From: Eledone cirrhosa
Taxonomy: Eukaryota
DNA length: 64,000 nucleotides
Assembly (NCBI GenBank): GCA_964016885.1
Contig: CAXHJY010001551.1
Span: 126,475 to 190,474 of the forward strand
Direction of reading: 5' to 3'
A program made the translations under genes and the position numbers. Under the pieces are notes generated by a model. The model saw only the letters and a list, made by a program, of their open reading frames with translations. It was not told where the DNA came from and searched no databases. Below, in pieces: positions 12,490 through 26,700 of this stretch. Within the stretch, counting starts at the first letter, position 1; every line of letters begins with the position of its first letter.

Positions 12490-15400
12490 CTAAGCTAAGC
12501 TATCCTAAGCTATCCTAAGCTAAGCTATCCTAAGCTATCCTAAGCTAAGCTATCCTAAGCTATCCTAAGCTAAGCTAAGCTAAGCTATCCTAAGCTAAGC
12601 TAAGCTAAGCTATCCTAAGCTAAGCTAAGCTATCCAAAGCTATCCTAAGCTAAGCTATCCTAAGCTATCCTAAGCTAAGCTATCCTAAGCTATCCTAAGC
12701 TAAGCTATCCTAAGCTAAGCTATCCTAAGCTATCCTAAGCTAAGCTATCCTAAGCTATCCTAAGCTAAGCTAAGCTAAGCTATCCTAAGCTAAGCTAAGC
12801 TAAGCTATCCTAAGCTAAGCTATCCTAAGCTAAGCTAAGCTAAGCTATCCTAAGCTATACTATGCTAAGCTATCCTAAGCTAAGCTATCCTAAGCTATCC
12901 TAAGCTAAGCTATCCTAAGCTATCCTAAGCTAAGCTATCCTAAGCTATCCTAAGCTAAGCTAAGCTAAGCTATCCTAAGCTAAGCTAAGCTAAGCTATCC
13001 TAAGCTAAGCTAAGCTATCCTAAGCTAAACTAAGCTAAGCTATCCTAAGCTAAGCTAAGCTAAGTTATCCTAAGCTAAGCTAAGCTAAGCTATCCTAAGC
13101 TAAGCTAAGCTATCCTAAGCTAAGCTAAGCTAAGCTATCCTAAGCTAAGCTAAGCTAAGCTAAGCTAAGCTATCCTAAGCTAAGCTAAGCTAAGCTATCC
13201 TAAGCTAAGCTAAGCTAAGCTAAGCTATCCTAAGCTAAGCTAAGCTATCCTAAGCTAAGCTAAGCTAAGCTATCCTAAGCTAAGCTAAGCTAAGCTATCC
13301 TAAGCTAAGCTAAGCTAAGCTATCCTAAGCTATCCTAAGCTAAGCTAAGCTAAGCTATCCTAAGCTAAGCTAAGCTAAGCTATCCTAAGCTATCCTAAGC
13401 TAAGCTATCCTAAGCTAAGCTATCCTAAGCTATCCTAAGCTAAGCTATCCTAAGCTAAGCTAAGCTAAGCTACCTAAGCTAAGCTATCCTAAGCTAAGCT
13501 ATCCTAAGCTATCATAAGCTAAGCTATCCTAAGCTATCCTAAGCTAAGCTATCCTAAGCTATCCTAAGCTAAGCTATCCTAAGCTATCCTAAGCTAAGCT
13601 AAGCTAAGCTATCCTAAGCTAAGCTAAGCTAAGCTAAGCTATCCTAAGCTAAGCTAAGCTAAGCTATCCTAAGCTAAGCTAAGCTAAGCTATCCTAAGCT
13701 ATCCTAAGCTAAGCTATCCTAAGCTAAGCTATCCTAAGCTATCCTAAGCTAAGCTATCCTAAGCTATCCTAAGCTAAGCTATCCTAAGCTAAGCTATCCT
13801 AAGCTAAGCTATCCTAAGCTATCCTAAGCTAAGCTATCCTAAGCTATCCTAAGCTAAGCTAAGCTAAGCTATCCTAAGCTAAGCTAAGCTAAGCTATCCT
13901 AAGCTAAGCTAAGCTAAGCTTTCCTAAGCTATCCTAAGCTAAGCTATCCTAAGCTAAGCTATCCTAAGCTATCCTAAGCTAAGCTATCCTAAGCTATCCT
14001 AAGCTAAGCTATCCTAAGCTATCCTAAGCTAAGCTATCCTAACATAAGCTATCCTAAGCTATCCTAAGCTAAGCTATCCTAAGCTATCCTAAGCTAAGCT
14101 ATCCTAAGCTATCCTAAGCTAAGCTAAGCTAAGCTAAGCTAAGCTATCCTAAGCTAAGCTAAGCTATCCTAAGCTATCCTAAGCTAAGCTATCCTAAGCT
14201 AAGCTAAGCTAAGCTATCCTAAGCTATCCTAAGCTAAGCTATCCTAAGCTATCCTAAGCTAAGCTATCCTAAGCTATCCTAAGCTAAGCTATCCTAAGCT
14301 ATCCTAAGCTAAGCTAAGCTAAGCTATCCTAAGCTAAGCTAAGCTAAGCTATCCTAAGCTAAGCTAAGCTATCCAAAGCTATCCTAAGCTAAGCTATCCT
14401 AAGCTATCCTAAGCTAAGCTATCCTAAGCTATCCTAAGCTAAGCTATCCTAAGCTAAGCTATCCTAAGCTATCCTAAGCTAAGCTATCCTAAGCTATCCT
14501 AAGCTAAGCTAAGCTAAGCTATCCTAAGCTAAGCTAAGCTAAGCTATCCTAAGCTAAGCTATCCTAAGCTAAGCTAAGCTAAGCTATCCTAAGCTATACT
14601 ATGCTAAGCTATCCTAAGCTAAGCTATCCTAAGCTATCCTAAGCTAAGCTATCCTAAGCTATCCTAAGCTAAGCTATCCTAAGCTATCCTAAGCTAAGCT
14701 AAGCTAAGCTATCCTAAGCTAAGCTAAGCTAAGCTATCCTAAGCTAAGCTAAGCTATCCTAAGCTAAACTAAGCTAAGCTATCCTAAGCTAAGCTAAGCT
14801 AAGTTATCCTAAGCTAAGCTAAGCTAAGCTATCCTAAGCTAAGCTAAGCTATCCTAAGCTAAGCTAAGCTAAGCTATCCTAAGCTAAGCTAAGCTAAGCT
14901 AAGCTAAGCTATCCTAAGCTAAGCTAAGCTAAGCTATCCTAAGCTAAGCTAAGCTAAGCTAAGCTATCCTAAGCTAAGCTAAGCTATCCTAAGCTAAGCT
15001 AAGCTAAGCTATCCTAAGCTAAGCTAAGCTAAGCTATCCTAAGCTAAGCTAAGCTAAGCTATCCTAAGCTATCCTAAGCTAAGCTAAGCTAAGCTATCCT
15101 AAGCTAAGCTAAGCTAAGCTATCCTAAGCTATCCTAAGCTAAGCTATCCTAAGCTAAGCTATCCTAAGCTATCCTAAGCTAAGCTATCCTAAGCTAAGCT
15201 AAGCTAAGCTATCCTAAGCTAAGCTATCCTAAGCTAAGCTATCCTAAGCTATCATAAGCTAAGCTATCCTAAGCTATCCTAAGCTAAGCTATCCTAAGCT
15301 ATCCTAAGCTAAGCTATCCTAAGCTATCCTAAGCTAAGCTAAGCTAAGCTATCCTAAGCTAAGCTAAGCTAAGCTAAGCTATCCTAAGCTAAGCTAAGCT

Positions 15401-15870
15401 AAGCTATCCTAAGCTAAGCTAAGCTAAGCTATCCTAAGCTATCCTAAGCTAAGCTATCCTAAGCTAAGCTATCCTAAGCTATCCTAAGCTAAGCTATCCT
15501 AAGCTATCCTAAGCTAAGCTATCCTAAGCTAAGCTATCCTAAGCTAAGCTATCCTAAGCTATCCTAAGCTAAGCTATCCTAAGCTATCCTAAGCTAAGCT
15601 AAGCTAAGCTATCCTAAGCTAAGCTAAGCTAAGCTATCCTAAGCTAAGCTAAGCTAAGCTTTCCTAAGCTATCCTAAGCTAAGCTATCCTAAGCTAAGCT
15701 ATCCTAAGCTATCCTAAGCTAAGCTATCCTAAGCTATCCTAAGCTAAGCTATCCTAAGCTATCCTAAGCTAAGCTATCCTAACATAAGCTATCCTAAGCT
15801 ATCCTAAGCTAAGCTATCCTAAGCTATCCTAAGCTAAGCTATCCTAAGCTATCCTAAGCTAAGCTAAGCT
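12490..15870. repeat. Near-perfect 1740-bp tandem duplication (recurs at about 32870-36250)
   Basis: Lines 14041 and 15781 are identical (aacataagct...). CAAAG occurs at 12635/14374, and CTATA-CTATG, CTAAA, TTATC, ATAAG and CTTTC markers are repeated. The second occurrence has markers at 33013/34753 and 34421/36161. Confidence 0.92.
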
Positions 15871-16169
15871 AAGCTATCCTAAACTAAGCTAAGCTATCCT
15901 AAGCTAAGCTAAGCTAAGCTATCCTAAGCTAAGCTAAGCTAAGCTATCCTAAGCTAAGCTAAGCTAAGCTATCCTAAGCTAAGCTAAGCTAAGCTATCCT
16001 AAGCCAAGCTAAGCTAAGCTATCCTAAGCCAAGCTAAGCTAAGCTATCCTAAGCTAAGCTAAGCTAAGCTATCCTAAGCTAAGCTAAGCTAAGCTATCCT
16101 AAGCTAAGCTAAGCTAAGCTATCCTAAGCTAAGCTAAGCTAAGCTAAGCTATCCTAAGCTAAGCTAAGC

Positions 16170-19100
16170 TAAGCTATCCTAAGCTAAGCTAAGCTAAGCT
16201 ATCCTAAGCTAAGCTAAGCTAAGCTATCCTAAGCTAAGCTAAGCTAAGCTATCCTAAGCTAAGCTAAGCTAAGCTATCCTAAGCTAAGCTATCCTAAGCT
16301 AAGCTAAGCTAAGCTATCCTAAGCTAAGCTAAGCTAAGCTATCCTAAGCTAAGCTAAGCTATCCTAAGCTAAGCTAAGCTAAGCTATCCTAAGCTAAGCT
16401 AAGCTAAGCTATCCTAAGCTAAGCTAAGCTAAGCTATCCTAAGCTAAGCTAAGCTAAGCTATCCTAAGCTAAGCTAAGCTAAACTATCCTAAGCTAAGCT
16501 AAGCTATCCTAAGCTAAGCTAAGCTAAGCTATCCTAAGCTAAGCTAAGCTAAGCTAAGCTTTCCTAAGCTATCCTAAGCTAAGCTATCCTAAGCTAAGCT
16601 AAGCTAAGCTATCCTAAGCTAAGCTAAGCTATCCTAAGCTAAGCTAAGCTATCCTAAGCTAAGCTATCCTAAGCTATCCTAAGCTAAGCTATCCTAAGCT
16701 ATCCTAAGCTAAGCTATCCTAAGCTAAGCTATCCTAAGCTAAGCTATTCTAAGCTAAGCTAAGCTAAGCTATCCTAAGCTAAGCTAAGCTAAGCTATCCT
16801 AAGCTAAGCTAAGCTAAGCTATCCTAAGCTAAGCTAAGCTAAGCTATCCTAAGCTAAGCTAAGCTAAGCTATCCTAAGCTAAGCTAAGCTAAGCTATCCT
16901 AAGCTAAGCTAAGCTATCCTAAGCTAAGCTAAGCTAAGCTATCCTAAGCTAAGCTAAGCTAAGCTATCCTAAGCTATCCTAAGCTAAGCTATCCTAAGCT
17001 AAGCTATCCTAAGCTATCCCAAGCTAAGCTATCCTAAGCTAAGCTAAGCTAAGCTATCCTAAGCTAACCTATCCTAAGCTAAGCTATCCTAAGCTATCCT
17101 AAGCTAAGCTATCCTAATCTATCCTAAGCTAAGCTATCCTAAGCTATCCTAAGCTAAGCTATCCTAAGCTATCCTAAGCTAAGCTAAGCTAAGCTATCCT
17201 AAGCTATCCTAAGCTAAGCTATCCTAAGCTAAGCTATCCTAAGCTAAGCTATCCTAAGCTATCCTAAGCTAAGCTATCCTAAGCTATCCTAAGCTAAGCT
17301 ATCCTAAGCTATCCTAAGCTAAGCTAAGCTAAGCTATCCTAAGCTAAGCTAAGCTAAGCTCTCCTAAGCTAAGCTAAGCTAAGCTATCCTAAGCTAAGCT
17401 AAGCTTTCCTAAGCTAAGCTAAGCTAAGCTATCCTAAGCTAAGCTAATCTATCCTAAGCTAAGCTAAGCTAAGCTATCCTAAGCTAAGCTAAGCTAAGCT
17501 ATCCTAAGCTAAGCTAAGCTAAGCTATCCTAAGCTAAGCTAAGCTAAGCTATCCTAAGCTAAGCTAAGCTAAGCTATCCTAAGCTAAGCTAAGCTAAGCT
17601 ATCCTAAGCTAAGCTAAGCTAAGCTATGCTAAGCTAAGCTAAGCTATCCTAAGCTAAGCTAAGCTAAGCTATCCTAAGCTAAGCTAAGCTAAGCTATCCT
17701 AAGCTAAGCTAAGCTAAGCTATCCTAAGCTATCCTAAGCTATCCTAAGCTAAGCTAAGCTATCCTAAGCTAAGCTAAGCTAAGCTATCCTAAGCTAAGCC
17801 AAGCTAAGCTATCCTAAGCTAAGCTAAGCTATCCTAAGCTAAGCTAAGCTAAGCTATCCTAAGCTAAGCTAAGCTAAGCTATCCTAAGCTATCCTAAGCT
17901 AAGCTATCCTAAGCTAAGCTAAGCTAAGCTATCCTAAGCTAAGCTAAGCTAAGCTATCCTAAGCTAAGCTAAGCTAAGCTATCCTAAGCTAAGCTAAGCT
18001 AAGCTATCCTAAGCTAAGCTATCCTAAGCTATCCTAAGCTAAGCTAAGCTAAGCTAACCTAAGCTAAGCTATCCTAAGCTAAGCTATCCTAAGCTAAGCT
18101 ATCCTAAGCTAAGCTAAGCTATCCTAAGCTAAGCTAAGCTAAGCTATCCTAAGCTAAGCTAAGCTATCCTAAGCTAAGCTAAGCTAAGCTGTCCTAAGCT
18201 AAGCTAAGCTAAGCTATCCTAAGCTAAGCTAAGCTAAGCTATCCTAAGCTAAGCTAAGCTATCCTAAGCTAAGCTAAGCTAAGCTATCCTAAGCTAAGCT
18301 AAGCTAAGCTATCCTAAGCTATCCTAAGCTATCCTAAGCTAAGCTATCCTAAGCTATCCTAAGCTAAGCTATCCTAAGCTATCCTAAGCTAAGCTAAGCT
18401 AAGCTATCCTAAGCTAAGCTAAGCTAAGCTATCCTAAGCTAAGCTAATCTAAGCTATCCTAAGCTAAGCTAAGCTAAGCTATCCTAAGCTATCCTAAGCT
18501 AAGCTATCCTAAGCTAAGCTATCCTAAGCTATCCTAAGCTAAGCTATCCTAAGCTATCCTAAGCTAAGCTATCCTAAGCTAAGCTATCCTAAGCTATCCT
18601 AAGCTAAGCTATCCTAAGCTATCCTAAGCTAAGCTATCCTAAGCTTAGCTAAGCTAAGCTAAGCTAACCTGAGCTAAGCTATCCTAAGCTAAGCTAAGCT
18701 AAGCTATCCTAAGCTAAGCTAAGCTATCCTAAGCTAAGCTAAGCTAAGCTATCCTAAGCTAAGCTAAGCTAAGCTATCCTAAGCTAAGCTAAGCTAAGCT
18801 ATCCTAAGCTAAGCTAAGCTAAGCTATCCTAAGCTAAGCTATCCTAAGCTAAGCTAAGCTAAGCTATCCTAAGCTAAGCTAAGCTAAGCTATCCTAAGCT
18901 AAGCTAAGCTATCCTAAGCTAAGCTAAGCTAAGCTATCCTAAGCTAAGCTAAGCTAAGCTATCCTAAGCTAAGCTAAGCTAAGCTATCCTAAGCTAAGCT
19001 AAGCTAAGCTATCCTAAGCTAAGCTAAGCTAAACTATCCTAAGCTAAGCTAAGCTATCCTAAGCTAAGCTAAGCTAAGCTATCCTAAGCTAAGCTAAGCT

Positions 19101-21070
19101 AAGCTAAGCTTTCCTAAGCTATCCTAAGCTAAGCTATCCTAAGCTAAGCTAAGCTAAGCTATCCTAAGCTAAGCTAAGCTATCCTAAGCTAAGCTAAGCT
19201 ATCCTAAGCTAAGCTATCCTAAGCTATCCTAAGCTAAGCTATCCTAAGCTATCCTAAGCTAAGCTATCCTAAGCTAAGCTATCCTAAGCTAAGCTATTCT
19301 AAGCTAAGCTAAGCTAAGCTATCCTAAGCTAAGCTAAGCTAAGCTATCCTAAGCTAAGCTAAGCTAAGCTATCCTAAGCTAAGCTAAGCTAAGCTATCCT
19401 AAGCTAAGCTAAGCTAAGCTATCCTAAGCTAAGCTAAGCTAAGCTATCCTAAGCTAAGCTAAGCTATCCTAAGCTAAGCTAAGCTAAGCTATCCTAAGCT
19501 AAGCTAAGCTAAGCTATCCTAAGCTATCCTAAGCTAAGCTATCCTAAGCTAAGCTATCCTAAGCTATCCCAAGCTAAGCTATCCTAAGCTAAGCTAAGCT
19601 AAGCTATCCTAAGCTAACCTATCCTAAGCTAAGCTATCCTAAGCTATCCTAAGCTAAGCTATCCTAATCTATCCTAAGCTAAGCTATCCTAAGCTATCCT
19701 AAGCTAAGCTATCCTAAGCTATCCTAAGCTAAGCTAAGCTAAGCTATCCTAAGCTATCCTAAGCTAAGCTATCCTAAGCTAAGCTATCCTAAGCTAAGCT
19801 ATCCTAAGCTATCCTAAGCTAAGCTATCCTAAGCTATCCTAAGCTAAGCTATCCTAAGCTATCCTAAGCTAAGCTAAGCTAAGCTATCCTAAGCTAAGCT
19901 AAGCTAAGCTCTCCTAAGCTAAGCTAAGCTAAGCTATCCTAAGCTAAGCTAAGCTTTCCTAAGCTAAGCTAAGCTAAGCTATCCTAAGCTAAGCTAATCT
20001 ATCCTAAGCTAAGCTAAGCTAAGCTATCCTAAGCTAAGCTAAGCTAAGCTATCCTAAGCTAAGCTAAGCTAAGCTATCCTAAGCTAAGCTAAGCTAAGCT
20101 ATCCTAAGCTAAGCTAAGCTAAGCTATCCTAAGCTAAGCTAAGCTAAGCTATCCTAAGCTAAGCTAAGCTAAGCTATGCTAAGCTAAGCTAAGCTATCCT
20201 AAGCTAAGCTAAGCTAAGCTATCCTAAGCTAAGCTAAGCTAAGCTATCCTAAGCTAAGCTAAGCTAAGCTATCCTAAGCTATCCTAAGCTATCCTAAGCT
20301 AAGCTAAGCTAAGCTATCCTAAGCTAAGCTAAGCTAAGCTATCCTAAGCTAAGCCAAGCTAAGCTATCCTAAGCTAAGCTAAGCTATCCTAAGCTAAGCT
20401 AAGCTAAGCTATCCTAAGCTAAGCTAAGCTAAGCTATCCTAAGCTATCCTAAGCTAAGCTATCCTAAGCTAAGCTAAGCTAAGCTATCCTAAGCTAAGCT
20501 AAGCTAAGCTATCCTAAGCTAAGCTAAGCTAAGCTATCCTAAGCTAAGCTAAGCTAAGCTATCCTAAGCTAAGCTATCCTAAGCTATCCTAAGCTAAGCT
20601 AAGCTAAGCTAACCTAAGCTAAGCTATCCTAAGCTAAGCTATCCTAAGCTAAGCTATCCTAAGCTAAGCTAAGCTAAGCTATCCTAAGCTAAGCTAAGCT
20701 AAGCTATCCTAAGCTAAGCTAAGCTATCCTAAGCTAAGCTAAGCTAAGCTGTCCTAAGCTAAGCTAAGCTAAGCTATCCTAAGCTAAGCTAAGCTAAGCT
20801 ATCCTAAGCTAAGCTAAGCTATCCTAAGCTAAGCTAAGCTAAGCTATCCTAAGCTAAGCTAAGCTAAGCTATCCTAAGCTAAGCTAAGCTAAGCTATCCT
20901 AAGCTATCCTAAGCTATCCTAAGCTAAGCTATCCTAAGCTATCCTAAGCTAAGCTATCCTAAGCTATCCTAAGCTAAGCTAAGCTAAGCTATCCTAAGCT
21001 AAGCTAAGCTAAGCTATCCTAAGCTAAGCTAATCTAAGCTATCCTAAGCTAAGCTAAGCTAAGCTATCCT
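16170..21070. repeat. Tandem duplication, period about 2.55 kb
   Basis: CTAAA 16479/19029, CTTTC 16559/19109, CCAAG 17019/19569, CTGTC 18189/20749, CTAAT 18444/21029. Confidence 0.9.
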
Positions 21071-24000
21071 AAGCTAAGCTAAGCTAACCTATCCTAAGCT
21101 AAGCTAAGCTATCCTAAGCTAAGTTAAGCTATCCTAAGCTAAGCTAAGCTATCCTAAGCTAAGCTAAGCTAAGCTATCCTAAGCTAAGCTAAGCTATCCT
21201 AAGCTAAGCTAAGCTAAGCTATCCTAAGCTAAGCTAAGCTAAGCTATCCTAAGCTAAGCTAAGCTATCCTAAGCTAAGCTATCCTAAGCTAAGCTAAGCT
21301 AAGCTATCCTAAGCTAAGCTAAACTAAGCTATCCTAAGCTAAGCTAAGGTATCCTAAGCTAAGCTAAGCTAAGCTATCCGAAGCTAAGCTATCCTAAGCT
21401 AAGCTAAGCTATCCTAAGCTAAGCTAAGCTATCCTAAGCTAAGCTAAGCTATCCTAAGCTAAGCTAAGCTATCCTAAGCTAAGCTAAGCTATCCTAAGCT
21501 AAGCTAAGCTAAGCTATCCTAAGCTAAGCTAAGGTATCCTCAGCTAAGCTAAGCTAAGCTATCCTAAGCTAAGCTAAGCTAAGCTATCCTAAGCTAAGCT
21601 AAGCTATCCTAAGCTAAGCTAAGCTATCCTAAGCTAAGCTAAGCTAAGCTATCCTAAGCTAAGCTAAGTTAAGCTATCCTAAGCTAAGCTAAGCTAAGCT
21701 ATCCTAAGCTAAGCTAAGCTAAGCTATCCTAAGCTACGCTAAGCTAAGCTATCCTAAGCTAAGCTAAGCTAAGCTATCCTAAGCTAAGCTAAGCTAAGCT
21801 ATCCTAAGCTAAGCTAAGCTAAGCTATCCTAAGCTAAGCTAAGCTAAGCTCTCCTAAGCTAAGCTAAGCTATCCTAAGCTAAGCTAAGCTAAGCTATCCT
21901 AAGCTAAGCTAAGCTAAGCTAAGCTATCCTAAGCTAAGCTAAGCTAAGCTATCCTAAGCTAAGCTAAGCTAAGCTATCCTAAGCTAAGCTAAGCTAAGCT
22001 ATCCTAAGCTAAGCTAAGCTAAGCTATCCTAAGCTAAGCTAAGCTATCCTAAGCTAAGCTAAGCTATCCTAAGCTATGCTAAGCTATCCTAAGCTAAGCT
22101 AAGCTAAGCTATCCTAAGCTTTCCTAAGCTAAGCTATCCTAAGCTAAGCTAAGCTAAGCTATCCTAAGCTAAGCTAAGCTATCCTAAGCTAAGCTAAGCT
22201 AAGCTACCTAAGCTAAGCTATCCTAAGCTATCCTAAGCTAAGCTATCCTAAGCTATCCTAAGCTAAGCTATCCTAAGCTAAGCTATCCTAAGCTAAGCTA
22301 TCCTAAGCTAAGCTAAGCTAAGCTATCCTAAGCTAAGCTAAGCTATCCTAAGCTAAGCTAAGCTAAGCTATCCTAAGCTAAGCTAAGCTATCCTAAGCTA
22401 TCCTAAGCTATCCTAAGCTAAGCTAAGCTAAGCTATCCTAAGCTATCCTAAGCTAAGCTAAGCTAAGCTAAGCTAACCTAAGCTAAGCTATCCTAAGCTA
22501 AGCTATCCTAAGCTAAGCTATCCTAAGCTAAGCTAAGCTAAGCTATCCTAAGCTAAGCTAAGCTATCCTAAGCTAAGCTAAGCTAAGCTATCCTAAGCTA
22601 AGCTAAGCTAAGCTATCCTAAGCTAAGCTAAGCTAAGCTATCCTAAGCTAAGCTATCCTAAGCTATCCTAAGCTAAGCTATCCTAAGCTATCCTAAGCTA
22701 AGCTATCCTAAGCTATCCTAAGCTAAGCTAAGCTAAGCTATCCTAAGCTAAGCTAAGCTAAGCTATCCTAAGCTAAGCTAAGCTAAGCTATCCTAAGCTA
22801 TCCTAAGCTAAGCTATCCTAAGCTATCCTAAGCTAAGCTATCCTAAGCTATGCTAAGCTAAGCTATCCTAAGCTAAGCTATCCTAAGCTATCCTAAGCTA
22901 AGCTATCCTAAGCTATCCTAAGCTAAGCTAAGCTATCCTAAGCTAAGCTAAGCTAAGCTAAGCTATCCTAAGCTAAGCTATGCTAAGCTAAGCTATCCTA
23001 AGCTAAGCTAAGCTAAGCTATCCTAAGCTAAGCTAAGCTAAGCTATCCTAAGCTAAGCTAAGCTATCCTAAGCTAAGCTAAGCTAAGCTATCCTAAGCTA
23101 AGCTAAGCTATCCTAAGCTAAGCTAAGCTAAGCTAAGCTAAGCTATCCTAAGCTAAGCTAAGCTAAGCTATCCTAAGCTAAGCTAAGCTAAGCTATCCTA
23201 AGCTAAGCTAAGCTATCCTAAGCTAAGCTAAGCTATCCTAAGCTAAGCTAAGCTAAGCTATCCTAAGCTAAGCTAAGCTAAGCTATCCTAAGCTAAGCTA
23301 AGCTAAGCTATCCTAAGCTAAGCTAAGCTAAGCTATCCTAAGCTAAGCTAAGCTATCCTAAGCTAAGCTAAGCTATCCTAAGCTAAGCTAAGCTAAGCTA
23401 TCCTAAGCTAAGCTAAGCTAAGCTATCCTAAGCTATCCTAAGCTAAGCAATCCTAAGCTAAGCTAAGCTGAGCTATCCTAAGCTAAGCTAAGCTATCCGA
23501 AGCTAAGCTAAGCTAAGCTATCCTAAGCTAAGCTATCCTAAGCTATCCTAAGCTAAGCTATCCTAAGCTAAGCTATCCTAAGCTAAGCTATCCTAAGCTA
23601 TCCTAAGCTAAGCTATCCTAAGCTAAGCTAAGCTAAGCTATCCTAAGCTAAGCTAAGCTAAGCTATCATAAGCTAAGCTAAGCTATCCTAAGCTAAGCTA
23701 AGCTAAGCTATCCTAAGCTAAGCTAAGCTAAGTTATCCTAAGCTAAGCTAAGCTAAGCTATCCTAAGCTATCCTAAGCTAAGCTATCCTAAGCTAAGCTA
23801 TCCTAAGCTATCCTAAGCTAAGCTAAGCTAAGCTATCCTAAGCTAAGCTAAGCTAAGCTATCCTAAGCTAAGCTAAGCTAAGCTAAGCTAAGCTATCCTA
23901 CGCTAAGCTAAGCTATCCTAAGCTAAGCTAAGCTAAGCTATCCTAAGCTAAGCTAAGCTAAGCTCTCCTAAGCTAAGCTAAGCTAAGCTAAGCTATCCTA

Positions 24001-26700
24001 AGCTAAGCTAAGCTATCCTAAGCTAAGCTAAGCTAAGCTATCCTAAGCTAAGCTAAGCTATCCTAAGCTAAGCTAAGCTAAGCTATCCTAAGCTAAGCTA
24101 AGCTAAGCTATCCTAAGCTAAGCTAAGCTATCCTAAGCTAAGCTAAGCTAAGCTATCCTAAGCTAAGCTAAGCTATCCTAAGCTATCCTAAGCTATCCTA
24201 AGCTAAGCTAAGCTAAGCTATCCTAAGCTAAGCTATCCTAAGCTATCCTAAGCTAAGCTAAGCTAAGCTAACCTAAGCTAAGCTATCCTAAGCTAAGCTA
24301 TCCTAAGCTAAGCTATCCTAAGCTAAGCTAAGCTAAGCTATCCTAAGCTAAGCTAAGCTATCCTAAGCTAAGCTAAGCTAAGCTATCCTAAGCTAAGCTA
24401 AGCTAAGCTATCCTAAGCTAAGCTATCCTAAGCTATCCTAAGCTAAGCTATCCTAAGCTATCCTAAGCTAAGCTATCCTAAGCTATCCTAAGCTAAGCTA
24501 AGCTAAGCTATCCTAAGCTAAGCTAAGCTAAGCTATCCTAAGCTAAGCTAAGCTAAGCTATCCTAAGCTATCCTAAGCTAAGCTATCCTAAGCTAAGCTA
24601 TCCTAAGCTAAGCTATCCTAAGCTATGCTAAGCTAAGCTATCCTAAGCTAAGCTATCCTAAGCTATTCTAAGCTAAGCTATCCTAAGCTATCCTAAGCTA
24701 AGCTAAGCTATCCTAAGCTAAGCTAAGCTAAGCTAAGCTATCCTAAGCTAAGCTATGCTAAGCTAAGCTATCCTAAGCTAAGCTAAGCTAAGCTATCCTA
24801 AGCTAAGCTAAGCTAAGCTATCCTAAGCTAAGCTAAGCTATCCTAAGCTAAGCTAAGCTAAGCTATCCTAAGCTAAGCTAAGCTATCCTAAGCTAAGCTA
24901 AGCTAAGCTAAGCTATCCTAAGCTAAGCTAAGCTAAGCTATCCTAAGCTAAGCTAAGCTAAGCTATCCTAAGCTAAGCTAAGCTAAGCTATCCTAAGCTA
25001 AGCTAAGCTATCCTAAGCTAAGCTAAGCTAAGCTATCCTAAGCTAAGCTAAGCTATCCTAAGCTAAGCTAAGCTAAGCTATCCTAAGCTAAGCTAAGCTA
25101 AGCTATCCTAAGCTAAGCTAAGCTATCCTAAGCTAAGCTAAGCTAAGCTATCCTAAGCTAAGCTAAGCTAAGCTATCCTAAGCTATCCTAAGCTAAGCAA
25201 TCCTAAGCTAAGCTAAGCTGAGCTATCCTAAGCTAAGCTAAGCTATCCGAAGCTAAGCTAAGCTAAGCTATCCTAAGCTAAGCTATCCTAAGCTATCCTA
25301 AGCTAAGCTATCCTAAGCTAAGCTATACTAAGCTATCCTAAGCTAAGCTATCCTAAGCTAAGCTAAGCTAAGCTATCCTAAGCTAAGCTAAGCTAAGCTA
25401 TCATAAGCTAAGCTAAGCTATCCTAAGCTAAGCTAAGCTAAGCTATCCTAAGCTAAGCAAAGCTAAGTTATCCTAAGCTAAGCTAAGCTAAGCTATCCTA
25501 AGCTATCCTAAGCTAAGCTATCCTAAGCTAAGCTATCCTAAGGTAAGCTATCCTAAGCTATCCTAAGCTAAGCTATCCTAAGCTATCCTAAGCTAAGCTA
25601 AGCTAAGCTATCCTAAGCTAAGCTAAGCTAAGCTATCCTAAGCTAAGCTAAGCTAAGCTAAGCTAAGCTAAGCTAAGCTATCCTAAGCTAAGCTAAGCTA
25701 TCCTAAGCTAAGCTAAGCTATCCTAAGCTAAGCTAAACTAAGCTCTCCTAAGCTAAGCTAAGCTAAGCTATCCTAAGCTTAGCTAAGCGATCCTAAGCTA
25801 AGCTAAGCTAAGCTATCCTAAGCTAAGCTAAGCTATCCTAAGCTAAGCTAAGCTAAGCTATCCTAAGCTAAGCTAAGCTAAGCTATCCTAAGCTAAGCTA
25901 AGCTAAGCTATCCTAAGCTAAGCTAAGCTAAGCTATCCTAAGCTAAGCTAAGCTATCCTAAGCTAAGCTAAGCTAAGCTATCCTAAGCTAAGCTAAGCTA
26001 AGCTATCCTAAGCTAAGCTAAGCTAAGCTATCCTAAGCTATCCTAAGCTATCCTAAGCTAAGCTAAGCTATCCTAAGCTAAGCTAAGCTAAGCTATCCTA
26101 AGCTAAGCTAAGCTATCCTAAGCTAAGCTAAGCTAAGCTATCCTAAGCTAAGCTAAGCTATCCTAAGCTAAGCTAAGCTAAGCTATCCTAAGCTAAGCTA
26201 AGCTATCCTAAGCTATCCTAAGCTAAGCTATCCTAAGCTAAGCTAAGCTAAGCTATCCTAAGCTAAGCTAAGCTAAGCTATCCTAAGCTAAGCTAAGCTA
26301 AGCTATCCTAAGCTAAGCTATCCTAAGCTAACCTAAGCTAAGCTAAGCTATCCTAAGCTAAGCTAAGCTATCCTAAGCTAAGCTAAGCTAAGCTATCCTA
26401 AGCTAAGCTAAGCTAAGCTATCCTAAGCTCTCCTAAGCTAAGCTATCCTAAGCTAAGCTAAGCTAAGCTATCCTAAGCTAAGCTAAGCTATCCTAAGCTA
26501 AGCTAAGCTAAGCTATCCTAAGCTAAGCTATCCTAAGCTATCCTAAGCTAAGCTAAGCTAAGCTATCCTAAGCTAAGCTATCCTAAGCTATCCTAAGCTA
26601 AGCTAAGCTAAGATAAGCTATCCTAAGCTAAGCTATCCTAAGCTAAGCTATCCTAAGCTATCCTAAGCTAAGCTATCCTAAGCTATCCTAAGCTAAGCTA
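18720..26700. repeat. About 8-kb segment repeated at about 52965-60970 (offset about 34.25 kb)
   Basis: CTAAA 19029/53274, CCAAG 19569/53814, CTGTC 20749/54994, GTATC 21349/55599, GTATC-CTCAG 21534/55784, CTAC deletion 22204/56454, ATAAG 26613/60893. Confidence 0.9.

Larger units (their letters stand above)
6470..18700. repeat. Large segment S, copy 1 (about 12.2 kb)
   Basis: Ordered markers CTATG 6540, CAATC 7010/8775/11910, CTGTG 10690, GGAAG 11675, CTAAC-ATAAG 14039/15779, CTGTC 18189 and CTTAG 18644 recur at +20398 to +20374 (up to +20423). Confidence 0.9.
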